Translations under genes and position numbers: made by a program
NCBI RefSeq assembly: GCF_947367125.1
Contig: NZ_CANBCQ010000003.1
Span: 8,502-72,501 of the forward strand
Source: an uncultured Lactobacillus sp.
GTDB lineage: Bacteria > Bacillota > Bacilli > Lactobacillales > Lactobacillaceae
Reading direction: 5' to 3'
Length of the DNA: 64,000 nt
Notes under the pieces: model-generated
Databases searched by the model: none
The model's input: the letters and a program-made list of their open reading frames with translations, nothing else
Told to the model about the DNA's origin: nothing
Shown here: piece by piece, positions 52,817 to 61,752 of the stretch
Position numbering within the stretch: position 1 is the stretch's first letter
How the letters are laid out: every line of letters starts with the position of its first letter

Positions 52817-54550
52817 CTATTCATTTCCTCCTTTCTTACCCTTTTGTGTCTTAAAAATTTCTTGGTAAACAGGTGAACTCTTAAGTAACTCCTCATGTGT
52901 ACCTTGAGCAACTAATTTACCATCATCTAAGACTAAAATGGTGTCTGCATTAACCACAGAAACAATTTTTTCAGCGATAATAAAAGTCGTAGTATCTGGC
53001 AACTCATGCTCTAAGGCTTCTTGTACTTTCTTTTCACTTTCTGCATCAAGTGCTGAAGTTGAATCATCTAAAATCAAAATTGGTGCCTTAGCAATCAAGC
53101 CTCGGGCGATTGATAGCCGCTGCTTTTGTCCACCAGAGAAGTTAGCTGAACGTTCTTCTACTTCATGATCAAAAGCGTCGTTATAACGTTCAATAAATTC
53201 TGAAGCTTGGGCCATGTTAGCAGCACGCTGCAATTCATGTAATTTAGCTTGAGCATTACCCTGACGCAAGTTAGATGCGATCGTTCCTGAGAAGAGAACT
53301 GCTCTTTGCAACACAAACGAAACGGTCTTGCGTAATGCCGCTTCAGTCACATCTTTAATATTGTGACCGCCAATTTTTATTTCACCCTTAGTTGGATCAT
53401 ATAAACGAGCAATTAATTGGGCCAAAGTAGACTTACCTGCACCGGTTGCGCCAACGATTCCGACCATTTGTCCTGGCTTAACTTTGAAAGAAATATTCTT
53501 TAAAGTTGGCTCATCCCCGTCAGGATAAGTAAAGGAAACATGGTCAAATTCCACGCTACCGCCAATAGGTGCAACTGAACCACTTTCAACAAACTTAACA
53601 TCTGGTTCAGTTTCTAACACTTCACGAATCCGCCCAAGTGAAATATTTGCTCTTGAGAATTGCATCAAAGTCATCCCGGCAATCATAATTGTAAATAATA
53701 GCGTTAAAACATAGTTTACAAAAGGACTAACAACTGCAATATCACTTGGATGAGCAGCAATATTGATCCCAATTAAGTAAACAATCAAAGCAATCACGGT
53801 ATATGCGATCATTTGAAAAGCTGGCATGATTGCGGAAAACCAGTAACCAATCACAATATTGTAGTCATTTAATTGATCTGAAGTTTGATCAAACTTTTTA
53901 ATTTCTTGTGGACCTTGATTAAATGACTTAACTACCCGCACACCTTGCAAAGTTTCTTGGGCTTGATTGGAAATTCGATCCATCATGGTCTGGAACTTAG
54001 CAAATAAACTGTTCATTCGTTTTAAGACATAAGCACCAAAGCCCATAATAAGAGCTACCATTACTACTGGAGCCCACCAAAAACGCGGAATAATGACAAT
54101 ACAAAAGATAAATGAACCCACAATCAAAATTGGCAAGCGCAGCATTTGCATGAAAAGCTGCATCATCATGTTCATTACTTGGTTCATATCGTTGATTAAC
54201 CGCGTAGTTAAAGAACCAGCAGAAAATTCCTTAATATTACCAAAAGAAAAAGTTTGAATTTTGGCATAAGTATCTTCACGTAAATCACTGACCACGCCTT
54301 GTGCAATCTTGGCGGCAAAATAAACATTAAAAATACCAGAAATAATTGCAATTACACCCAAGACTACTAACCAAATCCCATCAGACAAAACGGCGTCTTT
54401 TTGATCAGCCATCAATGCCTTTTGAATATTTTCTAATAATTTTGGTTGATATAATCCTGAAAAAGCTGAAACTAAAATGGCAATAATTGCCCATATAACA
54501 TCTTTTTTATAATGCTTTAAATATGGTGTAATGATCTTAAAGTTTTTCAT
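52817..54550 (-). CDS. Heterodimeric multidrug-type ABC exporter, subunit A
   Basis: TMD plus GATGAGKST, FSGGQKQR, degenerate LDDSTSALD and IAEK; start MKNFK at 54550. Confidence 0.92.
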   Translation of the reverse strand: MKNFKIITPYLKHYKKDVIWAIIAILVSAFSGLYQPKLLENIQKALMADQKDAVLSDGIWLVVLGVIAIISGIFNVYFAAKIAQGVVSDLREDTYAKIQTFSFGNIKEFSAGSLTTRLINDMNQVMNMMMQLFMQMLRLPILIVGSFIFCIVIIPRFWWAPVVMVALIMGFGAYVLKRMNSLFAKFQTMMDRISNQAQETLQGVRVVKSFNQGPQEIKKFDQTSDQLNDYNIVIGYWFSAIMPAFQMIAYTVIALIVYLIGINIAAHPSDIAVVSPFVNYVLTLLFTIMIAGMTLMQFSRANISLGRIREVLETEPDVKFVESGSVAPIGGSVEFDHVSFTYPDGDEPTLKNISFKVKPGQMVGIVGATGAGKSTLAQLIARLYDPTKGEIKIGGHNIKDVTEAALRKTVSFVLQRAVLFSGTIASNLRQGNAQAKLHELQRAANMAQASEFIERYNDAFDHEVEERSANFSGGQKQRLSIARGLIAKAPILILDDSTSALDAESEKKVQEALEHELPDTTTFIIAEKIVSVVNADTILVLDDGKLVAQGTHEELLKSSPVYQEIFKTQKGKKGGNE

Positions 54551-54989
54551 CTTTTCTCCTTTCTTCATTTAAAAGCTGCCAGAAAGTGTCGCCCCACTCT
54601 TCTGCAAGCTTGATTAACAACTTCATTTTCTCACTCCCCAACACTTGAGCTGTTTTTTCTTCCAATTCAAATAAGGAATGCAATTTATCACGCGCATATT
54701 TTTGTCCTGTTTGTGTAAGTTGGCAAAAACGAGCCCGTTTATCACTAGGATCAACAGTCATGGTCAGATAACCATTTTCGCGCAAAATTTTAATTCCTTT
54801 ATTAATCGACTGCTTAGGCAAATCACTTAAATTAACTAATTCTTTTTGGGTTAACTTTTCACGAATTAATAATTCATACATGATCACTACCAAATAATCC
54901 GATAATTCATGATCTTGTGACCACTGGTCATAGGCACGACTGCCATGAATAATCGTTAAATTTAATTTTTCTGTATCACTAATTTCCAT
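54537..54989 (-). CDS. MarR-family regulator
   Basis: LTQKELVNLSDLPKQSINKGIKILRENGY, DPSDKRARFCQLTQTG; start MEISD at 54989 after GGCGAAG. Confidence 0.88.
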   Translation of the reverse strand: MEISDTEKLNLTIIHGSRAYDQWSQDHELSDYLVVIMYELLIREKLTQKELVNLSDLPKQSINKGIKILRENGYLTMTVDPSDKRARFCQLTQTGQKYARDKLHSLFELEEKTAQVLGSEKMKLLIKLAEEWGDTFWQLLNEERRKDEKL

Positions 54990-55006
54990 CACTTCGCCAC
55001 CATATT

Positions 55007-55057
55007 TAGTCTGCACATGTACTAAAGTATATTAGTCTGCATATGGACTATTGTCAA
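55007..55057 (-). promoter_or_regulatory. marR-ABC promoter with two palindromic operators
   Basis: TTGACA (55052-55057)-17 nt-TAATAT; palindromes TAGTC-N8-GACTA (55033-55050) and TAGTC-N8-TACTA (55007-55024). Confidence 0.7.
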
Positions 55058-55165
55058 ACTTTTTTCAAAATAAAGCTATAATAAAAGAAGAACGACAATT
55101 TTTTGCATCTAAGGTTCAAATTGGTATAATGAAAAAATCAACAAATAAAACAAAGCGGGGATCAT

Positions 55166-55984
55166 ATGCACAAAAAATCTTTATTAACAATTTTAATAGT
55201 GGTCTTATTTACTTTTAGCTTGACTGGCTGTAAACAAAACAAAAAGCAAAATGTTTATCAGACAGTTAAAACCAGCAAAACGATTAATTGGGGTGTTAAA
55301 GCCGATACGCCACTTTTTGGCTCGATGAGTATTAAAACTGGTAAAATTAACGGTTTTGAAATTGATTTAGCAAATGCTTTAACTCATGAGATGCTTGGTA
55401 AAAACGCCAAAGCCAACTTCGTCACCACAACCGCCAACACTAAAATTCAACTTCTAAAAAATAAAAATATTGATGCAGTAATCGCAGCCATGACTATTAC
55501 GCCTGAACGTAAAAAACAGGTTGAATTTAGCAAGCCCTACTTTCCTGCAGGTCAATCAATTATGGTAGCTGACAAGAGCTCGATTAAGAATATCAAAGAC
55601 CTCAATAATAAAAAAGTATTGGTCGTCAAAGGGACAACTGCAGCCGATGCGATCCATAAATTTGCCCCGAAAGCGCAAATCCTACAATTTGATGACTACG
55701 GACAAGCTTTTGCGGCTCTTAAGGCTGGACAAGGTGACGCATTTGTAACGGATAACGGGATTTTAGCCGGAATTTTACGCGATAGCTCTGGTTACAAATT
55801 AGTTGGTGGCAACTTCACCAACCAGCCTTACGGTATTGCTGTTAACAAGGGACAAACTCAAATGTGTGACCACATCAATCAAGCTTTGACTAAACTAGAA
55901 AAAGATGGCACATACAATCGACTAGTTAAAAAATGGTTTGGCAACATCCCTGGCATGAACATCAAAGAAATTGAAAAACACTAA
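55166..55984 (+). CDS. Stand-alone polar amino acid ABC substrate-binding lipoprotein, paralog of 45873-46691
   Basis: Lipobox LTGC, GFEIDLA, MTITPER, FSKPYFPAG, PYGIAVNKGQ. Confidence 0.88.
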   Translation: MHKKSLLTILIVVLFTFSLTGCKQNKKQNVYQTVKTSKTINWGVKADTPLFGSMSIKTGKINGFEIDLANALTHEMLGKNAKANFVTTTANTKIQLLKNKNIDAVIAAMTITPERKKQVEFSKPYFPAGQSIMVADKSSIKNIKDLNNKKVLVVKGTTAADAIHKFAPKAQILQFDDYGQAFAALKAGQGDAFVTDNGILAGILRDSSGYKLVGGNFTNQPYGIAVNKGQTQMCDHINQALTKLEKDGTYNRLVKKWFGNIPGMNIKEIEKH

Positions 55985-55993
55985 AGTAAAAAC

Positions 55994-56408
55994 GTGTCTG
56001 GGAAAAAATTAACACCTAGATACCAAAAGACGATCAATCTAACTCTTAATTTGAGTTGGTTGACCGTCTTTTTTTGTTTATTTTTGGCTTTTTCTTTTAG
56101 GTATTGCCAGTTAGGATTATAACGAACCTGCCGCTGGCTATAATATTTGAAGTTGAATCTAACGCCATTTTGATCAAGGTGGTAATCGCCTTTTTCATCA
56201 TAGAACCAGTTAACTAATTTAGTCGGATCGTTGCGATACTTTCTAGTCTTTTCCTTTTCATACCTCGTATAAGGAATATAGTACTGCTTGTCTGAATATT
56301 CTTCTTCCAACATCGAATAGTTATATTCGCTGCCATAACCAGCATCGGCAAGTTTTCTTCTAACATCAGTTCAATCTTTCTGCCTGAGAACACTCTACGA
56401 GAATATGC
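55994..56408 (-). mobile_element. Internally deleted IS1182-like remnant (right end plus transposase fragments)
   Basis: Fragments AYSRRVFSGRKIELMLEENLP, YIPYT.YEKE..RKY.NDPTKL.NW, RYNPNWQYLKEKAK; terminal sequence GTGTCTGGGAAAAAA at 55994. Confidence 0.8.
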
Positions 56409-56722
56409 ATCGTACACTCACCATTATTCAAAGATAAAGATGGCACCTGGCAAATACCCTGCAATTTCCTTATAGACCTTCCAGATCTCAGCGTGATTGA
56501 CTACAAAATAATTAGTACTGCCATATAAAGGCGATGTCTATTCGGTTCTAGCCGCTACCTTGGATTTCGTTAAACAAATGCGCTAGGACAACGCTTTTAT
56601 CGGTTCCTGCATCCCCATAAACTGTAAAAATTGCAGGATAACCTTGATTAATATGCCGCTTGGTAAAAGTAAGAATTTGTTTAACTAGTTTTTCTTTCTA
56701 AGTGTGTTTGATGATGAGCCAT
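56409..56722 (-). pseudogene. 5' remnant of a DUF2075-like P-loop NTPase gene
   Basis: AGGAGG-ATG at 56722; shifted frames give KEKLVKQILTFTKRHINQGYPAIFTVYGDAGTDKSVVLAHLFNEIQ and SPLYGSTNYFVVNHAEIWKVYKEIAG, with stops; cut by the IS remnant. Confidence 0.65.
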
Positions 56723-56733
56723 CTTAACTCCTC

Positions 56734-57654
56734 CTAACGCAATTGCTTCAGACTCTCACTAATTTGTTTGATCTCCTTTAGTCCTGTGGTGCAACATCCC
56801 CCGATTAAGCGTGCACCATCTTGGTACCATTTCTTAGTTAATTCACTAAAATCATAGCTTTGATTAAATTCTCGCCATTTCTTAATAGTTGGATCGTAGC
56901 ATGCACCTTGGTTGGGATATACCACTAGTGGCTTAGCTGTATATTTACTAATCTCTTGCAGGGCTGGACTTACTAGATCAGGTGCAACGCAATTAATCCC
57001 GATTGCGAAAACTTGTGGGTATTCCTTCACCTTGTTAACTGCTTCCTTGATTGCGGTACCGTCACTGATATGCTTTGCATCCCTTAAAGTAAAACTAACG
57101 TAGACTGGGTAGTCTGGTTCATTATTATTTAACCAATTCAAAACAGCCACTAGTTCACTCAATTTAGGTTGTGTTTCCAACGCAATCAAATCCGGCTTTT
57201 CAGCTAAAATCAAGCGAAGTCTTGGTAAATGAAATTTCAAGTATTCTTGCTCGGTCAAGTTATAATCACCACGATATTCATTGACATCTGCTAAGTAGGC
57301 ATCATAAGAACCAACGGTTCCAGCGACATAATTATGCTTGCCTGACTTTTGTTCAAAATCATCACGAGCCTTTTTAGCAATCTTAACTGCACTACGAATA
57401 AATTGCTGCGCCTGCTTTTGACTATAGCCTGCCTTAATAAAGGCCTGTACGTTAGCTTGATAAGTGTCAGTAATTACTAATTCGGCACCCGCCTCAAAAT
57501 AATTCCAGTGTGCCTGATAAACCTTGTCTAGTTCATCAGTCAACGCAGTTGCTGTCCATAATTTATTGTTGGTCTGTACACCCTGCCGCTCCAATTCATC
57601 TGACATTGCGCCATCCAACACGATTCCATCCTTAGCCTTAGTAATTAAATTCAT
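56734..57654 (-). CDS. mmuM: Homocysteine S-methyltransferase
   Basis: VLDGAMSDELE, TDTYQA, ALETQP, GINC, VVYPNQG, IGGCC; true start MNLITK at 57654. Confidence 0.93.
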   Translation of the reverse strand: MNLITKAKDGIVLDGAMSDELERQGVQTNNKLWTATALTDELDKVYQAHWNYFEAGAELVITDTYQANVQAFIKAGYSQKQAQQFIRSAVKIAKKARDDFEQKSGKHNYVAGTVGSYDAYLADVNEYRGDYNLTEQEYLKFHLPRLRLILAEKPDLIALETQPKLSELVAVLNWLNNNEPDYPVYVSFTLRDAKHISDGTAIKEAVNKVKEYPQVFAIGINCVAPDLVSPALQEISKYTAKPLVVYPNQGACYDPTIKKWREFNQSYDFSELTKKWYQDGARLIGGCCTTGLKEIKQISESLKQLR

Positions 57655-57683
57655 ACTATCCACTTCTTTCTCATTTTTTAATA

Positions 57684-57920
57684 AAAACAAAAAGCACTCA
57701 TCCCCAAAAGGACGAGTGCTTCGTGTTACCACCTTTAATTTATCCATTACTTACGCAATGAACCTTACTAACTACCAACATAGTTTGTGACAGCTAACGG
57801 TTCACAACGCCGTTGTCAGCTACTATTCACTGACACTGATATCCAAGCCCATATTCATTATCTGCGATTGCTTATCCCTCACCAACCGATAATTCTCTGT
57901 AGCAATCACTTCATGCTTTT
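57684..57920 (-). promoter_or_regulatory. Met T-box (specifier ATG at 57850-57852) with apparently incomplete Stem I
   Basis: T-box AAATTAAAGGTGGTAACACG; terminator AAGCACTCGTCC-TTTTG-GGGATGAGTGCTTTTT; apical AGAG/GGTTGGTGAG motifs; GAATATGG specifier loop. Confidence 0.85.
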
Positions 57921-57924
57921 AATC

Positions 57925-60183
57925 TTATCTATTTACCTTTTTCTTTTTACCTAAAAATGCTAGACCAACTGAACTAATTAGAGCTGCTAGACCTAAACCA
58001 AATGCTGCTAAGCCATTTTGTTTTTCACCGGTTTGAGGTAATGACTTCTTTTGACCAATAGTTTCAGCGTTAACTACTGTCTTATTAGTTACATTTGAAA
58101 CAACTGATTTAGTAGAAGCAAGAGTGGTTGGCTCTGCTACCTTAGTATGATTTTCTATTTTTTCTGGCTTCTGTGCTTTTGGTGCAACAGTCTTCTCACG
58201 CTTAGTAGTCTTATGTTCCTTAGTTGGAACAGCTTGACCCTTTGGAACTACGGTTTGTTTATTATCATCATTAGTAGTTGGAGCAGTTGGGGTGTCTGTC
58301 GAATGAACCGGTGCATTTTGCGGTTCACTTGGTTGAGCTGGAGTGGTTGGAGTAGTTGGATTGTCTGGAACAACCGGATTCGTTGGAGTGGTTGGGGTTG
58401 TTGGAGTTTCAGGTTCATCTACCTTTGTAGTAACAGTAACTGTAAATGTCTTTGTAATCAACATGTCAGGTTGATTTGAGTCGTTCAACTTGTAAGCAAC
58501 AGTAACTAAATATTTTCCTGCTGGTGTATTAGCATTAATTCCTTGTACAATATTTCCTTGCGCGTCTTTAATACTTACCAACTTTGCATTTTCTGGAGCT
58601 ACTGGCACGTTTTCGAAGATGGCACCAGTATTATTAGCCTTTGGAAACTCAACATTATGCAATCCAGTAATGCCTTGAACATAATTCCAGTTAGCTGCTT
58701 CACTTGAACCTGCTTGGAACGTTTGATCCTTAGTAGAAATAATCTTATGTACTTCAACATAGAAATAAGGTTTGTTTGAATCTGGTATTGCGTTACCCTT
58801 GCCATCTGCTTCATGAATTATCAGACCTGGAGTAGCACTATATGAATAATAATTTATTAAAGTATTTAAATCATTGGCATTAGGATCTATTGAAAAACCA
58901 TACTGCTTCACGACTTCTTGAAGTGGGCTACCCTCTAAGTCAAATGTTTCATCTGAATAAAATGTATCTGGATAAGCAAGTTCAACATCATCTTGTTGAT
59001 TTGGATTAATCTTTAAAATATTGCCTACCTTAGGTACAAGGTCTGATAAGGCTGGATCATCTACAATGTTATAAGAACCGTTTGAATTACGAGTGGTCAA
59101 ATGAATGGTATCATTTTGAACTTCATCCTTAGTCCAAACAGGATGACTATCATGTACATATACATAGACACTATTAGCATTAAGAGCATTAGTAGTAATT
59201 TGATTACTAAGATCAGTTCTTGTTCCCTTTAAATCAATAACTAAAGGTACATTTAATCTTGCTGTAGTATCGGCTGGAATTTCTCCCGCAAAAGCAATTT
59301 GTTTAACGTTAATAATCCAATCTTTACCAAATTTATTAATGGTGTCTTGGTATGAATTCCAAGTTTGATCTGATCCTAAATAGTAAACTGGTAACGCATC
59401 GTCATTAATTACTTGACCGCTTTTATTATCAATGAATACTACATTGGATTGCTTGTCAGGATCAACAACTAAAGTATGTTTTTCGCCGCTCCATGCATTA
59501 ATAAAGAAATGTACACCGTTATCATTGTTAGTAGAATTCTTATCGCCAATATATTGTGCTTGATCGCTTATATTCTTTAATGATAAATGAGCTTCAATAT
59601 CTTCAGCATTTTTGGCATTGATTGTAGCGTGATTATCTTTACCTGCTTCTGCGGAAGATACTTGTTGAATTTGACCATTCTTATTATCTTTAGCAGAAAC
59701 TGAATAATTATAAGCAATAGAACCGTTGCTAGGAACACCAGTAATAGTACTATTCTTTCCACCAGCTCCATTGATTTTATCAGGTTGTGAAGTGTTTCCT
59801 TTGGCAGGAACAATAGCCTGATTTGCTACATCAGTTGAAGTTTTAGTTTTATTTTCTTCAGTAATTACATCTTTCTTAGGTACTGCATTAGTAGTAATAT
59901 GACCTGTATCTTTAGTTTGCTCGGAATCAGTAGCCTTAATATCTACCTTAGTTTGTTTAGCATTACTACTTTGAGCATCTACCTTAGTATCTGGTAATTG
60001 GACCTGTTCATCTGCTTTATCGGTTTGTACTTTTTGCTCTACAACAGGAGCCTTAGTAGAAGTATCTGCAGCATGAACTTCCGTTTGATTAGTGCCAAAG
60101 AAGACTAATCCAATTAATACTGAAGCTACCCCAATAGTCAATTTTCTAATTGAAAAACGTTGTTTTAAATCCCTATCTTTCAT
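57925..60183 (-). CDS. YSIRK signal / LPXTG sortase-anchored surface protein (putative adhesin)
   Basis: RFSIRKLTIGVASVLIG, Pro/Thr-rich stalk (TPTTPTTPTNP), LPQTG plus hydrophobic helix plus KKKKVNR. Confidence 0.92.
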   Translation of the reverse strand: MKDRDLKQRFSIRKLTIGVASVLIGLVFFGTNQTEVHAADTSTKAPVVEQKVQTDKADEQVQLPDTKVDAQSSNAKQTKVDIKATDSEQTKDTGHITTNAVPKKDVITEENKTKTSTDVANQAIVPAKGNTSQPDKINGAGGKNSTITGVPSNGSIAYNYSVSAKDNKNGQIQQVSSAEAGKDNHATINAKNAEDIEAHLSLKNISDQAQYIGDKNSTNNDNGVHFFINAWSGEKHTLVVDPDKQSNVVFIDNKSGQVINDDALPVYYLGSDQTWNSYQDTINKFGKDWIINVKQIAFAGEIPADTTARLNVPLVIDLKGTRTDLSNQITTNALNANSVYVYVHDSHPVWTKDEVQNDTIHLTTRNSNGSYNIVDDPALSDLVPKVGNILKINPNQQDDVELAYPDTFYSDETFDLEGSPLQEVVKQYGFSIDPNANDLNTLINYYSYSATPGLIIHEADGKGNAIPDSNKPYFYVEVHKIISTKDQTFQAGSSEAANWNYVQGITGLHNVEFPKANNTGAIFENVPVAPENAKLVSIKDAQGNIVQGINANTPAGKYLVTVAYKLNDSNQPDMLITKTFTVTVTTKVDEPETPTTPTTPTNPVVPDNPTTPTTPAQPSEPQNAPVHSTDTPTAPTTNDDNKQTVVPKGQAVPTKEHKTTKREKTVAPKAQKPEKIENHTKVAEPTTLASTKSVVSNVTNKTVVNAETIGQKKSLPQTGEKQNGLAAFGLGLAALISSVGLAFLGKKKKVNR

Positions 60184-60366
60184 TTTTCTGATCCTCTTTT
60201 AAATACTTTAGTTCTCTATTCACTAATTATCATAACACTTGTTATTATAGTTGCAAGAATTTACGTTTGTAATGTGTTTAGCGCTTTTAGGTTATTGAGA
60301 GTATTTGTTATTTATATCAAAAAACAAAAAGCACCTCTATTAAGGTACTTTTTGTTTTCATAATTA

Positions 60367-60538
60367 GTCAACTACCCTAGACTGAAGTCTAGGGCTTAGT
60401 GGCTTGTTAGCTTGCGCCAACCAGAACACCAACTTGCTTAGATACGGACTTGACTTACCAGCAATAATCTTTTGACTATTGCCGATAGAGGTCGTCTGAT
60501 TACCAAAGCCTTTTAAGTCCGCGAGTTGCCAACGGACT
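60367..60538 (-). mobile_element. Isolated right end of an IS200/IS605-family (TnpB, IS1341-like) element, putative omega/reRNA scaffold
   Basis: Terminal AAGCCCTAGAC-TTCA-GTCTAGGGTAGTTGAC hairpin; open frame WQLADLKGFGNQTTSIG...SSPYLSKLVFWLAQANKP resembles lactobacillus TnpB C-termini (by recall). Confidence 0.75.
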
Positions 60539-60917
60539 GTGCCTGGGAAAAACTGATTCCTAAGACATAAAAAAAGAATGATGATTTTCTAATGGATTTC
60601 ATCATTCTTTTTCTATACTTTAATTGCCTTCCTTGATATTATTGAATCACCACAAAACAAAAATAAAAGAAAGCAATCTTATGTATCAAAATTATATTAC
60701 AGCTCAAATGGCTTTAACACTCAGTTTAGACTTTACTATTCCTAATAACCATTTAGCCAAAACTAAGAGCGGACGCCAGCGGCGGGTTCGATATAATCCT
60801 AACTGGCAATATCTAAAAGAAAAAGCCAAAAATAAACAAAAAAAGACGGTCAAAAAACTCAAATTAAGAGTTAGATTGATCGTCTTTTGGCATCTAGGTG
60901 TTAGTTTTTCCAGACAC
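60539..60917 (+). mobile_element. 379-bp non-autonomous IS1182-like derivative (MITE-like) with both ends
   Basis: Left GTGCCTGGGAAAAACT and right AGTTTTTCCAGACAC inverted termini; fused frame MYQNYITAQMALTLSLDFTIPNNHLAK|TKSGRQRRVRYNPNWQYLKEKAK|NKQKKTV. Confidence 0.8.
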
Positions 60918-60924
60918 GTTTTGA

Positions 60925-61593
60925 TTATTTAGTAATGAAATCAAGTAGAGTAAACATTACATCTTTATTTTCTGCTGGCACGCCATGAGCCATAATCTCT
61001 GCTGGGGTTTGATGCAAATCATTATTTTCTAAAGCATAAGCCCCATCATTGATAGCAATTTCACGCACATTATCTATTTGTGGTTCAAAATGGAATTGCA
61101 AGCCAATTACATTGTCACCTAATAAAAAGCCCTGATTTTTAACTAAATCACTTGAAAATAACAATTTAGCTTCTGCCGGTATTTCGCTCATTTGTTCATG
61201 CCAATGAAGTGCGGTTAACTTAGCCGGAATATTCTTAATAGTTTGCTCTTGTAAATAAACTGGTGCCCAACCAACTTCTTTAGCTGGTGCATCAAGCACC
61301 TGATAGCCCAAAGTCTTAGCAATTTGTTGGCTGCCAAAACAAATTCCTAAAATCGGCTTGTGTTGATCCAACATCTGTTTAATTAAAACTCGTTCCTTTT
61401 TTATCCAAGCAAGATCATCATTTGGGCTATTAGGACTACCCAAAATTACTAATAAATCTGTTTCATCAACGCTAGGCAAAATGCCAAAATCTCCCGGATG
61501 ATAAACAAACATCTCATTATTTTTAGCATGACACCAAGCTTGAATCGAACCCGGTCCTTCATTAGGTGCATGTTGCAATACATTAACGCGCAT
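60925..61593 (-). CDS. Class I glutamine amidotransferase-like protein (GMP synthase GAT-like)
   Basis: VLQHAPNEGPG, LGICFGSQ catalytic Cys, GLQFHFE; start MRVNV at 61593. Confidence 0.88.
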   Translation of the reverse strand: MRVNVLQHAPNEGPGSIQAWCHAKNNEMFVYHPGDFGILPSVDETDLLVILGSPNSPNDDLAWIKKERVLIKQMLDQHKPILGICFGSQQIAKTLGYQVLDAPAKEVGWAPVYLQEQTIKNIPAKLTALHWHEQMSEIPAEAKLLFSSDLVKNQGFLLGDNVIGLQFHFEPQIDNVREIAINDGAYALENNDLHQTPAEIMAHGVPAENKDVMFTLLDFITK

Positions 61594-61752
61594 AAAATCC
61601 CCTTTTTTACTCAACAATATTTTGTTCCAATTCTATGCTTCAGTTAAAGCAAAAACAAGGAAACCTAAATATTTATTTAAGTCATTCTTTAGAAACTATA
61701 TGTCACCTTATATGATACAATTATACATATTTTTATATTCTGGAGGATTTTT

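Noticed and set aside
57655-57747. Extended mmuM N-terminus (MDKLKVVTRSTRP...) from the ORF track
   Set aside because: It runs through the T-box antiterminator and terminator; the real start is 57654
58320-58410. GTTGG(A/G)GT-type short repeats as a CRISPR or regulatory array
   Set aside because: They encode the Pro/Thr stalk of the LPXTG protein; no spacers and no cas genes
60624-60932. 102-aa ORF as a novel small protein (also 55981-56313 and 56214-56417)
   Set aside because: In-frame fusions of transposase fragments created by internal deletions
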